NCBI GenBank assembly: GCA_018399755.1
Contig: JAGYOE010000002.1
Span: 6,531-70,530, forward strand
Direction: 5' to 3'
Length of the DNA stretch: 64,000 bases
DNA from: Bacilli bacterium
Lineage (GTDB): Bacteria; Bacillota_I; Bacilli_A; Izemoplasmatales; Hujiaoplasmataceae
Numbering within the stretch: position 1 is the first letter of the stretch; every line of letters starts with the position of its first letter. A program made the translations under genes and the position numbers. Below the pieces are notes generated by a model. It saw only the letters and a program-made list of their open reading frames with translations. It ran no database searches and was not told where the DNA came from. Shown here piece by piece: positions 1-9,573 of this stretch.

Positions 1-3000
1 GAATAAATATCTTCTTTTTTTAAATTGATAACTTCAGTTCCAGATAATAATCTGTAAACATCATTATCATCAACTGGAATATCTTTAGGATTAGAAAATG
101 GTACATCTTCTTTATATTGTTTGATTAAATCCATTAAATACCTTATCATGGTTGGATCATCATGTCCCAAAACATCTAACTTAAATAGATTATTTTCAAT
201 CGAATGATATTCATAATGAGTAGTTTTCCAAGATCTATCTTTTGAATCACCAGGATATTGAATTGGAGTAAAATCAAAAATGCTCTTATTATTAGGCACA
301 ACCACAATTCCACCAGGATGTTGTCCGCTAGTTCTTTTAGAACCTTCAATACCTAGAGCTAATCTTTCCATTTCAGCTCTTCTAATAAATAAAGTTTCTT
401 GCGCTTGACGTTTGCGTTTAACATTTAGTTTTTCATAATAATCTCTTACCATAGCGTAAGATGTTCTCGCAGCACATGTGGAAATTGTTCCACCTCTAAA
501 AGCATGATTTTTGCCAAATAACTTACGGATATATTCGTGAACTATCCCTTGATAATCACCTGAGAAGTTTAAATCTATATCAGGTACTTTATCCCCGCTA
601 AAACCTAAGAATGTTTCAAACGGTATATCATGTCCATCACGTTTCATTTCTGCATTACAAACTGGGCAATCTTGTTTTGGTAAATCCCAACCACAATCTG
701 TATCATTTAATAAGTCGCGATTTTCTTTTTCAAAGTCATTTTCGCCATACATTGTTTTTTGTTCTTCAGTCTTTTTAAAAGCAGTAAAATGGCACTTAGG
801 ACAAACATAATGTGGTGGTAAAGGATTAACTTCAGTTATATCCATTAAAGTAGCAACAAATGAAGATCCCACTGAGCCTCGAGACCCTACTAAATAACCA
901 TCTTCTAAAGATTTCTTAACTAGTAAATGCGATATGTAATATACGGTAGAAAATTTATGTTCAATAATATTCCCTAATTCTCTTTCCATTCGTTTTTTTA
1001 CTAATTCAGGTAAAGGATCGCCATATAATTCTAAAACTTTATCCTTAACCATTTTCTCAACTTTTTTGCTTATCGAAGGAACGCCTTGCTCAGCTAAAAA
1101 CTCATCAGTTGGCGCAGAAAGACCATCAGGAATAATTTGTACCTTATCAACCATATCTGCAATAAGGTTTGAATTCTTTACAACCACTTCATAAGCTGTT
1201 TCCTTACCTAAAAACTCAAATTCAGCTAACATTTCTTCTGTTGTTTTATAATATTGATTTGGTTTTGATTTTCTACCATGTAATGGATGAAATCCACCAC
1301 CAACTAAAGGAGTATTTATCAATATTTCACGATATAATAAATCACTAGGATCTAAGTGATGAACATCACCTGTAGCTACAACAGGAATATTCAATTCTTT
1401 ACCAACATCTACAATTGATTTTATTACTTTTTGAATTATATGTTGCCAATTTGGTCTTTCTTGTTCTAAATATCGGAAATGGCTAACTGGTGGGATTTCT
1501 AAGTAATCATAATACTTAGCTGCCTTAACCAATTCTCTTCTGGTTTTATTTAAGGCTATATCAAAAAAGTGCGAATCATGCCCACCACTTGAAATTAAAA
1601 TTCCTTCGCGATATTTATCTAAATAGGATTTAGTTATCTTAGCTCCGCGATCAAAATAAGTTGTTAAAGCTTCAGAAAGAAGTTTATAAAGATTTTTTAA
1701 CCCCACTTGTTGTTTAACTAATAAATTTATTTGTTTAGGATAAGGATATTTAAATACTTCGTCTTTATTTATTAATAAGTTTAAATCAGAAAATTTATTA
1801 AATCCATTTTTCTTTAATTGTTTTAATAAATGTAAAAATATTTCAAAAGTTGCTTTAGCATCATTAACCGCTCTATGATGGTTTTCTAGTTTCACCTTGA
1901 AATATCTAGCCATTGAATCCAGTCCATATCTAGTTCTTTCAGGTAATAAAGCTTTTGCAAGATTTAAAGTATCTATAGAAGGATTAATTTGATTTGTTAT
2001 ACCATACTTTCGATAATTATAATCTAAAAAACCAATATCAAAATCAGCGTTATGAGCGATTAAAACCGTCCCCTTAGAGAACTCTAAAAAATCCTCAAGA
2101 ACAGCTTTAGCTTTTCTTTTTCCACTAACCATACTTTGAGTAATGCCAGTCAAACTTGTGGTGAAACTAGTAATTTTACTATCAGGCTCGATAAGTTCTC
2201 CAAACTCGCCTAATATAGCTCCATTTTTTACCTTTACAGCTCCTATTTCAATTAAATAATCATGATTAACACTTAATCCAGTTGTTTCAATATCAAAAAT
2301 TACAAAGGTAGTATCAGTTAACAAACCATTATGACTACCTCTAGTAATAGTTACTTCTTCATCATCGACATAAACTAATTCCAGCCCATAAAGCGGTTTT
2401 AGCTTTGAATTAGCTATTGCTTTTTCAAAAATCGGATAAGCTTGAACTGAACCACTATCACTAATACCTATAGCTTTATGTCCCCATTTTTCAGCTCTTT
2501 GAACATATTCTGTAACATCATTAACTCCATCAAGAGCCGACATTTTTGTATGTGTATGAAGTTCAACCCGTTTTTCTTCTGAATCATCTTTTCTTAAGTC
2601 TTTGGATAAAACAATATTAGAATGAGCAAGATTAATTGGATGCAATACTACTTCACCTAGATATTGATCATATAAACCAAAACTTTTAGCAATTAAACCC
2701 ATTCCTGGTTTTATGTTCTTATAAAAATCAATATCACTAGCTTTTATATTTCTTTTTGTAATATAGATAGAATCAACATGATTAGTAATAATAATTTTAA
2801 CATTTGATTTATTATTTGATTCATCAATTTCTGAGTATACAACTATTCCTTGTACGTTAAAAATTGCTTTTCCACCATTTTTTTCCTTATGTTCTTCTAA
2901 TTCAATTTCAGTTCTTGGCAGTTTATTAATATCAATAAAATTATTGATATTATTTGAATTACTCAAATAAACATATTTAATTTTTTCTTGATTTAGTACT

Positions 3001-3527
3001 TCCTTATTTTGTTCGATAAACTCATCAGTATGTTTTTTTATTTCTTCTTCTATAGAAGATTTATCTTCATCAATAAGTACTTGAATCGTAAAATCAAAAC
3101 CTAACTTCTGTAATTGCTTTTCAATAATATTTCTATATGTCGTTGGTGTAATAGCCCCTTTAGGAACATATATTTTAATAATATCTTCTTCTAAATCTTT
3201 TGGATAATGTTTTAATGGAGTAATTCTTTTATCATTTTCGGCTAATAGATCAATTGCATAATCATAATAATCTAATATTTCTCCATCAATATTTTCAAAC
3301 CTAACTTTAAAATCAATTTTTTCTAAGCTACTGTAAGTTGATTTTAAAGTTGCTAGTTTTTGTATAAAATTTCGAAAATGAAATATTGGAATTACTTTTT
3401 CAAAAACAAAAGAAAAAAACCAAGTTTTTGACACTTCGTCTACTTCTATATATTCAATTTGACCATAATCCTCAAGAATATCATCTTCGAGTTTTATTTG
3501 TTCTAGCAACTTAGTTATTTTTTCCAA
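1..3527 (-). CDS. polC: DNA polymerase III alpha subunit, PolC type (3' end runs off the window)
   Basis: Missing from the ORF track because there is no stop in the window. Manual translation from TTG at 3527 (GGAG upstream) gives the PHP motif ELHTHTKMS, exonuclease VIFDIETTG, GSRGSVGSS, a CxxC...CxxC zinc finger, KVPDIDLNFSG and KLDVLGHDDPT. The start and KLDVLGHDDPT are in the same frame. Confidence 0.97.
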   Translation of the reverse strand, partial: MEKITKLLEQIKLEDDILEDYGQIEYIEVDEVSKTWFFSFVFEKVIPIFHFRNFIQKLATLKSTYSSLEKIDFKVRFENIDGEILDYYDYAIDLLAENDKRITPLKHYPKDLEEDIIKIYVPKGAITPTTYRNIIEKQLQKLGFDFTIQVLIDEDKSSIEEEIKKHTDEFIEQNKEVLNQEKIKYVYLSNSNNINNFIDINKLPRTEIELEEHKEKNGGKAIFNVQGIVVYSEIDESNNKSNVKIIITNHVDSIYITKRNIKASDIDFYKNIKPGMGLIAKSFGLYDQYLGEVVLHPINLAHSNIVLSKDLRKDDSEEKRVELHTHTKMSALDGVNDVTEYVQRAEKWGHKAIGISDSGSVQAYPIFEKAIANSKLKPLYGLELVYVDDEEVTITRGSHNGLLTDTTFVIFDIETTGLSVNHDYLIEIGAVKVKNGAILGEFGELIEPDSKITSFTTSLTGITQSMVSGKRKAKAVLEDFLEFSKGTVLIAHNADFDIGFLDYNYRKYGITNQINPSIDTLNLAKALLPERTRYGLDSMARYFKVKLENHHRAVNDAKATFEIFLHLLKQLKKNGFNKFSDLNLLINKDEVFKYPYPKQINLLVKQQVGLKNLYKLLSEALTTYFDRGAKITKSYLDKYREGILISSGGHDSHFFDIALNKTRRELVKAAKYYDYLEIPPVSHFRYLEQERPNWQHIIQKVIKSIVDVGKELNIPVVATGDVHHLDPSDLLYREILINTPLVGGGFHPLHGRKSKPNQYYKTTEEMLAEFEFLGKETAYEVVVKNSNLIADMVDKVQIIPDGLSAPTDEFLAEQGVPSISKKVEKMVKDKVLELYGDPLPELVKKRMERELGNIIEHKFSTVYYISHLLVKKSLEDGYLVGSRGSVGSSFVATLMDITEVNPLPPHYVCPKCHFTAFKKTEEQKTMYGENDFEKENRDLLNDTDCGWDLPKQDCPVCNAEMKRDGHDIPFETFLGFSGDKVPDIDLNFSGDYQGIVHEYIRKLFGKNHAFRGGTISTCAARTSYAMVRDYYEKLNVKRKRQAQETLFIRRAEMERLALGIEGSKRTSGQHPGGIVVVPNNKSIFDFTPIQYPGDSKDRSWKTTHYEYHSIENNLFKLDVLGHDDPTMIRYLMDLIKQYKEDVPFSNPKDIPVDDNDVYRLLSGTEVINLKKEDIY

Positions 3528-3649
3528 AATATCAACTCCATTATTAAAATATTATATCATAAAAACACTTATATTTCTTGCAAATATTTAGAGATTATGA
3601 ATAAAAAATCTTAGATATTATCTTTTATTAAAGCAAAAAAAAAGCCAAA

Positions 3650-4045
3650 TTATTCAAATTTGGCGGTTACTTTTTTAGCAAGTATTTCTTCTAAAGCCTT
3701 ACCTACAGGCTTAACACATTTATTTTCGACTGAAGAATGATTTGTTTTCTTAATTATTTTCGCTCTTTTAGCTGATATATATGCTAATTTATATTTTGAA
3801 TCAACAACTTCTAACAAATCATCAATCGAAGGATATCTTAATCCATCTTCATTTTTAATTTGTTGTTTTTCTTCTTCTGCATAATCATTATATACTCCAC
3901 CAAAATGATAATCTCCAAAACGATTTTCTTTAATTGGTTCATATTTTTGATTATTCTTCTTAAATGATTTTCCAACTACTTCATCATTATTATCAGCTTC
4001 TTCTTTCATTTTTGAAAGTTTTTCAATCTCTTTATCATCAAACAT
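3650..4045 (-). CDS. rpoZ: RNA polymerase omega subunit with N-terminal extension
   Basis: C-terminal YPSIDDLL..SKYKLAYISAKRA..KPVGKALEEI is the omega signature; conserved position after gmk; GGAGG before the ATG at 4045. Confidence 0.9.
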   Translation of the reverse strand: MFDDKEIEKLSKMKEEADNNDEVVGKSFKKNNQKYEPIKENRFGDYHFGGVYNDYAEEEKQQIKNEDGLRYPSIDDLLEVVDSKYKLAYISAKRAKIIKKTNHSSVENKCVKPVGKALEEILAKKVTAKFE

Positions 4046-4667
4046 CTTTTTCTTCCTCCATTAACTTATAGTATCTATGAATTGATCTTTCAGTTTTTGC
4101 ATGTTCAGCTCTAATAATTGCATAGATTCTATCAGCTGCATTATTAACTTCATCATTAACAACAATATAATCATACTTATAAGCTAAACCAAATTCTCTT
4201 TTTGCTTTTTCAATTCTTTCTTGAATTTTAGCATCTTCTTCTGTTCCTCTTACTTTTAAACGATCAATTAAAGATTTTTTAGAAGGAGGAACAATAAAAA
4301 TAAAAACAGCATCAGGCGATTTTTCTCTAACCTGTAAAGCGCCTTGAACTTCAATTTCAACAATAACTTCTTTACCTTTGTCTAATTGTGTTTCAATATA
4401 ATCAATTGGTGTACCATAATACTCACCAACAAATTCTGCATATTCTAAAAACCCGTTATTTTTTATTCGTTCTTCAAATTCTTCACGACTTACAAAAAAG
4501 TAATCAATCCCATCAACCTCGCCTATTCTTGGCTTCCTTGTGGTCATTGAAACTGAATAACAGAAATTATTATCAGGAATATTAAATAAAGCTTTTCTAA
4601 TAGTGCCTTTCCCGACACCACTTGGCCCACTTATTACAACTAATAAGCCTCTTTCATTTAACTTCAG
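4038..4667 (-). CDS. gmk: Guanylate kinase (probable CTG start at 4667; the ORF track start at 4547 is too far downstream)
   Basis: In-frame upstream extension encodes KLNERGLLVVISGPSGVGKGT (P-loop); TTRKPR..EVDGIDYFF, YYGT and EIEVQGA motifs. Confidence 0.95.
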   Translation of the reverse strand: MKLNERGLLVVISGPSGVGKGTIRKALFNIPDNNFCYSVSMTTRKPRIGEVDGIDYFFVSREEFEERIKNNGFLEYAEFVGEYYGTPIDYIETQLDKGKEVIVEIEVQGALQVREKSPDAVFIFIVPPSKKSLIDRLKVRGTEEDAKIQERIEKAKREFGLAYKYDYIVVNDEVNNAADRIYAIIRAEHAKTERSIHRYYKLMEEEKDV

Positions 4668-4820
4668 TTTAATCCCTCCATTAAAAATTATAATAAATAA
4701 TTATTATCCTTTATCATAACACATAAAAAGTAATTAGTAAAATTTTTTCATAAAGAAAACATTAAAAAAATCCTGATAAATATATGTTATAATATATTTT
4801 AGAACCAAGATAGTTTTGAG

Positions 4821-6494
4821 GTGAAAAGAATGAGTGCAGATGGAAGATTTTTAAAATACTTATCTAAAGAATTAAATCTAGAGTTAGCTAATGGTAAAAT
4901 CCAAAAAATATCTCAGATATCAAAAACGGATTACCTATTTTCAATACGTTCACAAGGTGAAAATAAAAATTTATATATTTCTTTATCTACTTCACTATCA
5001 AGAATACATTTAATTAATAAAAATTGGGATAATTTAATTACTCCCGGTGGATTTTGCATGTTTATGCGTAAACACCTAGAAAGTGGATTGATTGAACAAA
5101 TTACCACACTTAATAATGATAGAATTATAGAAATACAAATTAAAAATATAAATGACCTTGGCGATAAAATCAATTATAAAGTTATTATTGAACTATTTGG
5201 AAGATATGCAAACTTAGTGGTTGTCGATAATCAAAATAAGATAATTAACGCCTACAAACATATTAATCCCTTTGACAATATTGATCGCATTATCGTAAAT
5301 GGAGCTAAATATAAGCTACCCAAAGATGAAAAAATTGATCCTGAAGATTTTGATAAAATTAAAGAATTCTTTAAAAAAGCAGAACCTAATTATAAAGATA
5401 TAATTAATAATATCAGAGGTATTTCTCCCCTCCTAGCAAAACATATATTAAAAAAAGCAAATTATGATAGTGATAAAATATTCAATATTTATATTGAATT
5501 ATTTGAAAAACCAATAAAACCAACTTTAAAAATTAATGATAAACCTAAATTCTATTTTATTGATATTTTTGAAGGAAGGAAACAATATTTTAATTCAATA
5601 TCCGCTTTACTTGAAAATTATTATCAAGCGAGATCTAATAAAGAAAAGGTAAAACAAATTCATAAATATTTATTAACATTCGCTAAAAATTATCTTAATC
5701 GCAACAAGAATAAATTGGAAAAACTCACAAAAGACTATAAAAACGCGCAAAAATATGATGCATTTCGTCAAAAGGCAGATTTATTAATCCAAAATCAGCA
5801 CAAAATCAATTTTACTGACTTAGAATATATCGGTTACTCTTACGAATTAAACAAAGAAATTAAAGTTAACTTAGATCGCAAACTGTCAGTAATTGAAAAT
5901 GCTAATAAATATTATAAACGCTATAAAAAATTAAAAAGCGCATTAAAACATATTAAACGTCAAATCATTTTAACCAAACACGAGATAAATTATTTTATAA
6001 ATTTAAAACAACAAATTGATACTAATTATAATTTAAATGACCTAGAAGAAATTAAAGAAGAATTAATCGATTTAAAGTATTTGCCAAAGAAAAAAAGCAA
6101 AAAACAGACTTTGAAAGGATTTAATTATGATAGTTATATAGATCCTTTAGGAGTTAAAATAGTAGTTGGTAAAAACAACTTGCAAAACAATTATTTAACT
6201 CATAAATTTGCCAAAAAAGATTTTATGTGGTTCCATGTCCAAAATCAATCAGGTTCGCATACAATCGTTTGTAATAACAACTTAAAAGAAGCGACCATTC
6301 GTCATGCAGCTAATCTAGCAGCTTATTATTCAAAAAGCAAAAATTCTAGTTCTGTAGCTGTTGACTATACCTTAGTAAAAAATATTAAAAAAATTCCTGG
6401 AGAATTAGGTTCTTATGTCTCATACACAAATCAAAAAACAATCTATATTGATCCGAGCATTGAAAAAATAAATCAACTTAAAAAAATAAAATAA
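4821..6494 (+). CDS. rqcH: NFACT family / RqcH (FbpA) ribosome quality-control protein
   Basis: N-terminal DG, ELFGRYANL, coiled coil with ENANKYYKRYKK, C-terminal VGKNNLQN..WFH...GSH..AAYYSK..VDYT. Confidence 0.9.
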   Translation: MKRMSADGRFLKYLSKELNLELANGKIQKISQISKTDYLFSIRSQGENKNLYISLSTSLSRIHLINKNWDNLITPGGFCMFMRKHLESGLIEQITTLNNDRIIEIQIKNINDLGDKINYKVIIELFGRYANLVVVDNQNKIINAYKHINPFDNIDRIIVNGAKYKLPKDEKIDPEDFDKIKEFFKKAEPNYKDIINNIRGISPLLAKHILKKANYDSDKIFNIYIELFEKPIKPTLKINDKPKFYFIDIFEGRKQYFNSISALLENYYQARSNKEKVKQIHKYLLTFAKNYLNRNKNKLEKLTKDYKNAQKYDAFRQKADLLIQNQHKINFTDLEYIGYSYELNKEIKVNLDRKLSVIENANKYYKRYKKLKSALKHIKRQIILTKHEINYFINLKQQIDTNYNLNDLEEIKEELIDLKYLPKKKSKKQTLKGFNYDSYIDPLGVKIVVGKNNLQNNYLTHKFAKKDFMWFHVQNQSGSHTIVCNNNLKEATIRHAANLAAYYSKSKNSSSVAVDYTLVKNIKKIPGELGSYVSYTNQKTIYIDPSIEKINQLKKIK

Positions 6495-6525
6495 CCCTAT
6501 ATAGTAAAATATAGGGTATTTTTTT
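6494..6525. terminator. Bidirectional intrinsic terminator between rqcH and thrS
   Basis: ACCCTATAT-loop-ATATAGGGT flanked by A and T runs, between convergent genes. Confidence 0.8.
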
Positions 6526-8428
6526 AAGCTTTTTCAGTGATTTCTGTTTTAATCATCTCAATAAAATCTTCAATTTTAACAGTTGTTTGTTTTTTCTCAC
6601 CATATTTTCTGTATGTTACTTCATTAGACTCTAATTCATTGTCTCCAATAACGATTTGATAAGGAATTTTTTTAGTTTGTGCTTCTCTAATTTTATAGCC
6701 AAGTTTTTCATCTCGATCATCAAGTTTAGCTCTAACCTTATTTGTTTTTAAATTATTAACAAATTTTTCTGAAAAATCTAAATGATATTCGTTATTAACC
6801 GGGATAACCTCTACTTGAATTGGTGCTAACCAAGTTGGAAAAGCTCCTGCATAATGTTCGATTAATATCCCAATAAACCTTTCAATTGAACCAAATAAAG
6901 CTCTATGTAACATAACTGGTCTTTGTTTTTCTCCATCGGCATTTATATAGTGTAAGTCAAATCTTTCAGGCAAATTCATATCTAGTTGGATTGTTCCGCA
7001 TTGCCATAATCTTTTCATTGAATCTTTAACAATAAAATCTAGTTTCGGTCCATAAAATGCTCCATCACCTTGATTAATAGTATATTCTTGATTCATTGAA
7101 TCTAAGGCTTCAGCTAAAGCTTTTTCTGATTTATCCCAAGTTGATATTTCCCCGATATATTTATCTTCAGGTCTTGTTGATAATTCAATCTTATAATCTA
7201 AATCAAATGTTTTATACATAAAATCATATAGTTTTACTAACTCTTTTACTTCATTTTTTATCATGTCTTCTGTCATATAAATATGGGCGTCATCTTGAGT
7301 AAAATTTCTCACTCTAAATAAACCACTTAATGCCCCACTTGCTTCATGTCGATGTACTAAGCCCAGTTCTCCTACTTTAAGAGGAAAATCTTTATATGAA
7401 TGTAGATCTCTTTTATATACTAATATGCCACCTGGACAATTCATTGGTTTAATTGCAAATTCTCTATCATCAACCTTAGATGTATACATATTATCTTGGT
7501 AATTTTTCCAATGGCCAGATATTTCCCATAATTCTTTGCTTAACATAATTGGTGTCTCTATTAATTCATAGTTGTGTTTTAGATGTTCTTCATACCAGAA
7601 ATTTTCTAGTTCTCTTCTTAGAATCATTCCATTCGGTAACCAAAAAGGAAATCCCGGTCCATACTCACTAATCATAAATAAATCTAATTCTTTTCCAATT
7701 TTTCGATGGTCACGTTTTTTTCGTTCTTCAAGATTTTTTAAATGATTGTCTAAATTTTGTTTAGAGAAAAACGCAGTACCATAAACTCTAGTAAGTTGTT
7801 TATTGTTGCTTTTACCGCGCCAATAGGCTCCTGCTAAACTTAAAAGTTTAAAATGTTTAATCCATTTCGTTCCTGGTAAATGTGGTCCTCGACATAAATC
7901 AATAAAATAATCTTGCTTATAAATACTTATTTCTTCATCCTTTGGTAAGTCTTGAATTAATTCTCTTTTATATTCATCATTTTTAAATAATTCCATCGCT
8001 TCATCATAAGAAAGAACACTTCTTTCAATTTTAGCATTTTGAGAAGCGATTTTTTTCATTTGTTTTTCTATCTTTGGTAAATCTGATTCTGTTAAAACTT
8101 CCTCACCTAAATCAATATCATAATAAAAGCCATCTTCAATTACTGGCCCAACTCCAAATTTAGCTTGAGGATACATTTGTTTAACAGTTTCAGCTAGTAA
8201 ATGTGCAGTTGAGTGTCTCAAAACCTCTAAGGCTTCTAGGTCTTTATCGGTTAAAAAAGCAACTTCTGCATCGTTAGTTATAACTCTATCCATATCCATT
8301 AGTTGATTATCAACTTTAGCTACAATACTATTCTTCCTTAAAGATATTGAAATATCATTAGCTATTTCAGTTAATTTTTTTGGCTCATCGTAAGTTAATT
8401 TTGAACCATCAGGTAAAGTGATTTTCAT
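6524..8428 (-). CDS. thrS: Threonyl-tRNA synthetase
   Basis: TGS domain, RHSTAH, DLCRGPH, KPMNCP, HRHE, RVRNFTQDDAH, GAFYGPK, QCGTIQLD. Confidence 0.99.
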   Translation of the reverse strand: MKITLPDGSKLTYDEPKKLTEIANDISISLRKNSIVAKVDNQLMDMDRVITNDAEVAFLTDKDLEALEVLRHSTAHLLAETVKQMYPQAKFGVGPVIEDGFYYDIDLGEEVLTESDLPKIEKQMKKIASQNAKIERSVLSYDEAMELFKNDEYKRELIQDLPKDEEISIYKQDYFIDLCRGPHLPGTKWIKHFKLLSLAGAYWRGKSNNKQLTRVYGTAFFSKQNLDNHLKNLEERKKRDHRKIGKELDLFMISEYGPGFPFWLPNGMILRRELENFWYEEHLKHNYELIETPIMLSKELWEISGHWKNYQDNMYTSKVDDREFAIKPMNCPGGILVYKRDLHSYKDFPLKVGELGLVHRHEASGALSGLFRVRNFTQDDAHIYMTEDMIKNEVKELVKLYDFMYKTFDLDYKIELSTRPEDKYIGEISTWDKSEKALAEALDSMNQEYTINQGDGAFYGPKLDFIVKDSMKRLWQCGTIQLDMNLPERFDLHYINADGEKQRPVMLHRALFGSIERFIGILIEHYAGAFPTWLAPIQVEVIPVNNEYHLDFSEKFVNNLKTNKVRAKLDDRDEKLGYKIREAQTKKIPYQIVIGDNELESNEVTYRKYGEKKQTTVKIEDFIEMIKTEITEKA

Positions 8429-8446
8429 AATTTTCCTCCTTTAAAT

Positions 8447-8640
8447 TAAAAAACTCACCCTTATAAAAGGGCGAGATAATCGCGGTACCACCTTAGTTTA
8501 TTACTTAGACCGTTAACGCCTGGTACGTGCTTTATTAAGGCAAACTCCAAGTTAGTAATTATTATTGATTAATAAGTAGCTTTCACCATCCTACCTTCGC
8601 TTTAATTAAAACTAATAATAATCATATCCTCTTCATCGTT
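8447..8640 (-). promoter_or_regulatory. T-box riboswitch leader of thrS
   Basis: Minus-strand AAGGTGGTACCGCG T-box (8481-8494), terminator CTCGCCCTT..AAGGGTGAG-TTTTTT, stem I elements GATGAAGAG, AGCGA and GGTGAAAG. Confidence 0.92.
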
Positions 8641-8649
8641 TCTATCTAT

Positions 8650-8677
8650 ATTATACTTGTGTTTTAGAATTTGTCAA
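8650..8677 (-). promoter_or_regulatory. SigA promoter of the thrS leader
   Basis: TTGACA-16 nt-TATAAT on the minus strand; the -35 overlaps the dnaI stop codon. Confidence 0.75.
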
Positions 8678-9573
8678 GATAAACGAGGCATATCCTTTAA
8701 AGTAAACTCTTCTGTCATGCGTTTAATTCTTTGAATGATTCTAATTGAATTTATTGCTTCTAGAGAAGATTCTGAATCTCGCATTACCTTAGATAGTTCA
8801 TTTAAATTAAGATTGCTAGAGAAAAAAGTTGGCAGTTTATCTAAAAGTCTATGTTGCAAAATTGGCCCCATAACTTCATCACGAATAAATCTAGAGAAAA
8901 ACTCTCCACCAATATCATCTAAAAACAAGATATCAGTTTGCTTTAGTTTTAATATTTTTTCCTCTAAATTGCCTTTAGATATACTTGATTTTAGTTCTCT
9001 AACTAAATCTGGATAATAAGCAAAAATTACTTTATAGTTTAATTTTGCTAATTCATTAGCTATTACTGCTAGGATATAAGTTTTGCCAGTACCATATTTT
9101 CCTGAAAGGTAAATCCCTTTCATATAATTATCTTTATTATATTTTTTTAGAAAATCTAAAATATAATTATGAATAGTTTTACGACTATCGCCGATTAAAT
9201 CAAAATCATCTAAAGTAGATTCAAATATCCTTTTTGGCACATATAACGCATCAATATTGCTAGTGACATAATCTTGTTTATTATATCTACAAGATTTATA
9301 TTCTAAAGCTATTTTTTTGTTTTTATACACTAAACTTGAGTTATAACCAGTTGTTTGTAATTTGCAATATTTTAGGCCTTGACATTGGTTACAGATATTA
9401 TTTTCTTCATAAAAAATTAATAAGGGATTAATTCCTTTAATTATTTCATTATGTTTTAAATCGTTATCTAAAATAAACTTATTAATTATTGGATTTTCCA
9501 TAAATTTATCAATAAGGTTATCATAGTCAACTTTTCTATCAAGATTTTTTAAATAATCATCTATTTTTTTCAT
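8674..9573 (-). CDS. dnaI: Primosomal helicase loader DnaI
   Basis: N-terminal CxxC zinc ligands, Walker A GKYGTGKT, LFLDDIGGE, PTFFSSN; dnaB-dnaI-thrS synteny. Confidence 0.9.
   Translation of the reverse strand: MKKIDDYLKNLDRKVDYDNLIDKFMENPIINKFILDNDLKHNEIIKGINPLLIFYEENNICNQCQGLKYCKLQTTGYNSSLVYKNKKIALEYKSCRYNKQDYVTSNIDALYVPKRIFESTLDDFDLIGDSRKTIHNYILDFLKKYNKDNYMKGIYLSGKYGTGKTYILAVIANELAKLNYKVIFAYYPDLVRELKSSISKGNLEEKILKLKQTDILFLDDIGGEFFSRFIRDEVMGPILQHRLLDKLPTFFSSNLNLNELSKVMRDSESSLEAINSIRIIQRIKRMTEEFTLKDMPRLS

Noticed and set aside
1-3527. Intein or large insertion in PolC
   Set aside because: Motif spacing is close to normal PolC; only short insertions (e.g. within the zinc finger) and no intein signatures noticed
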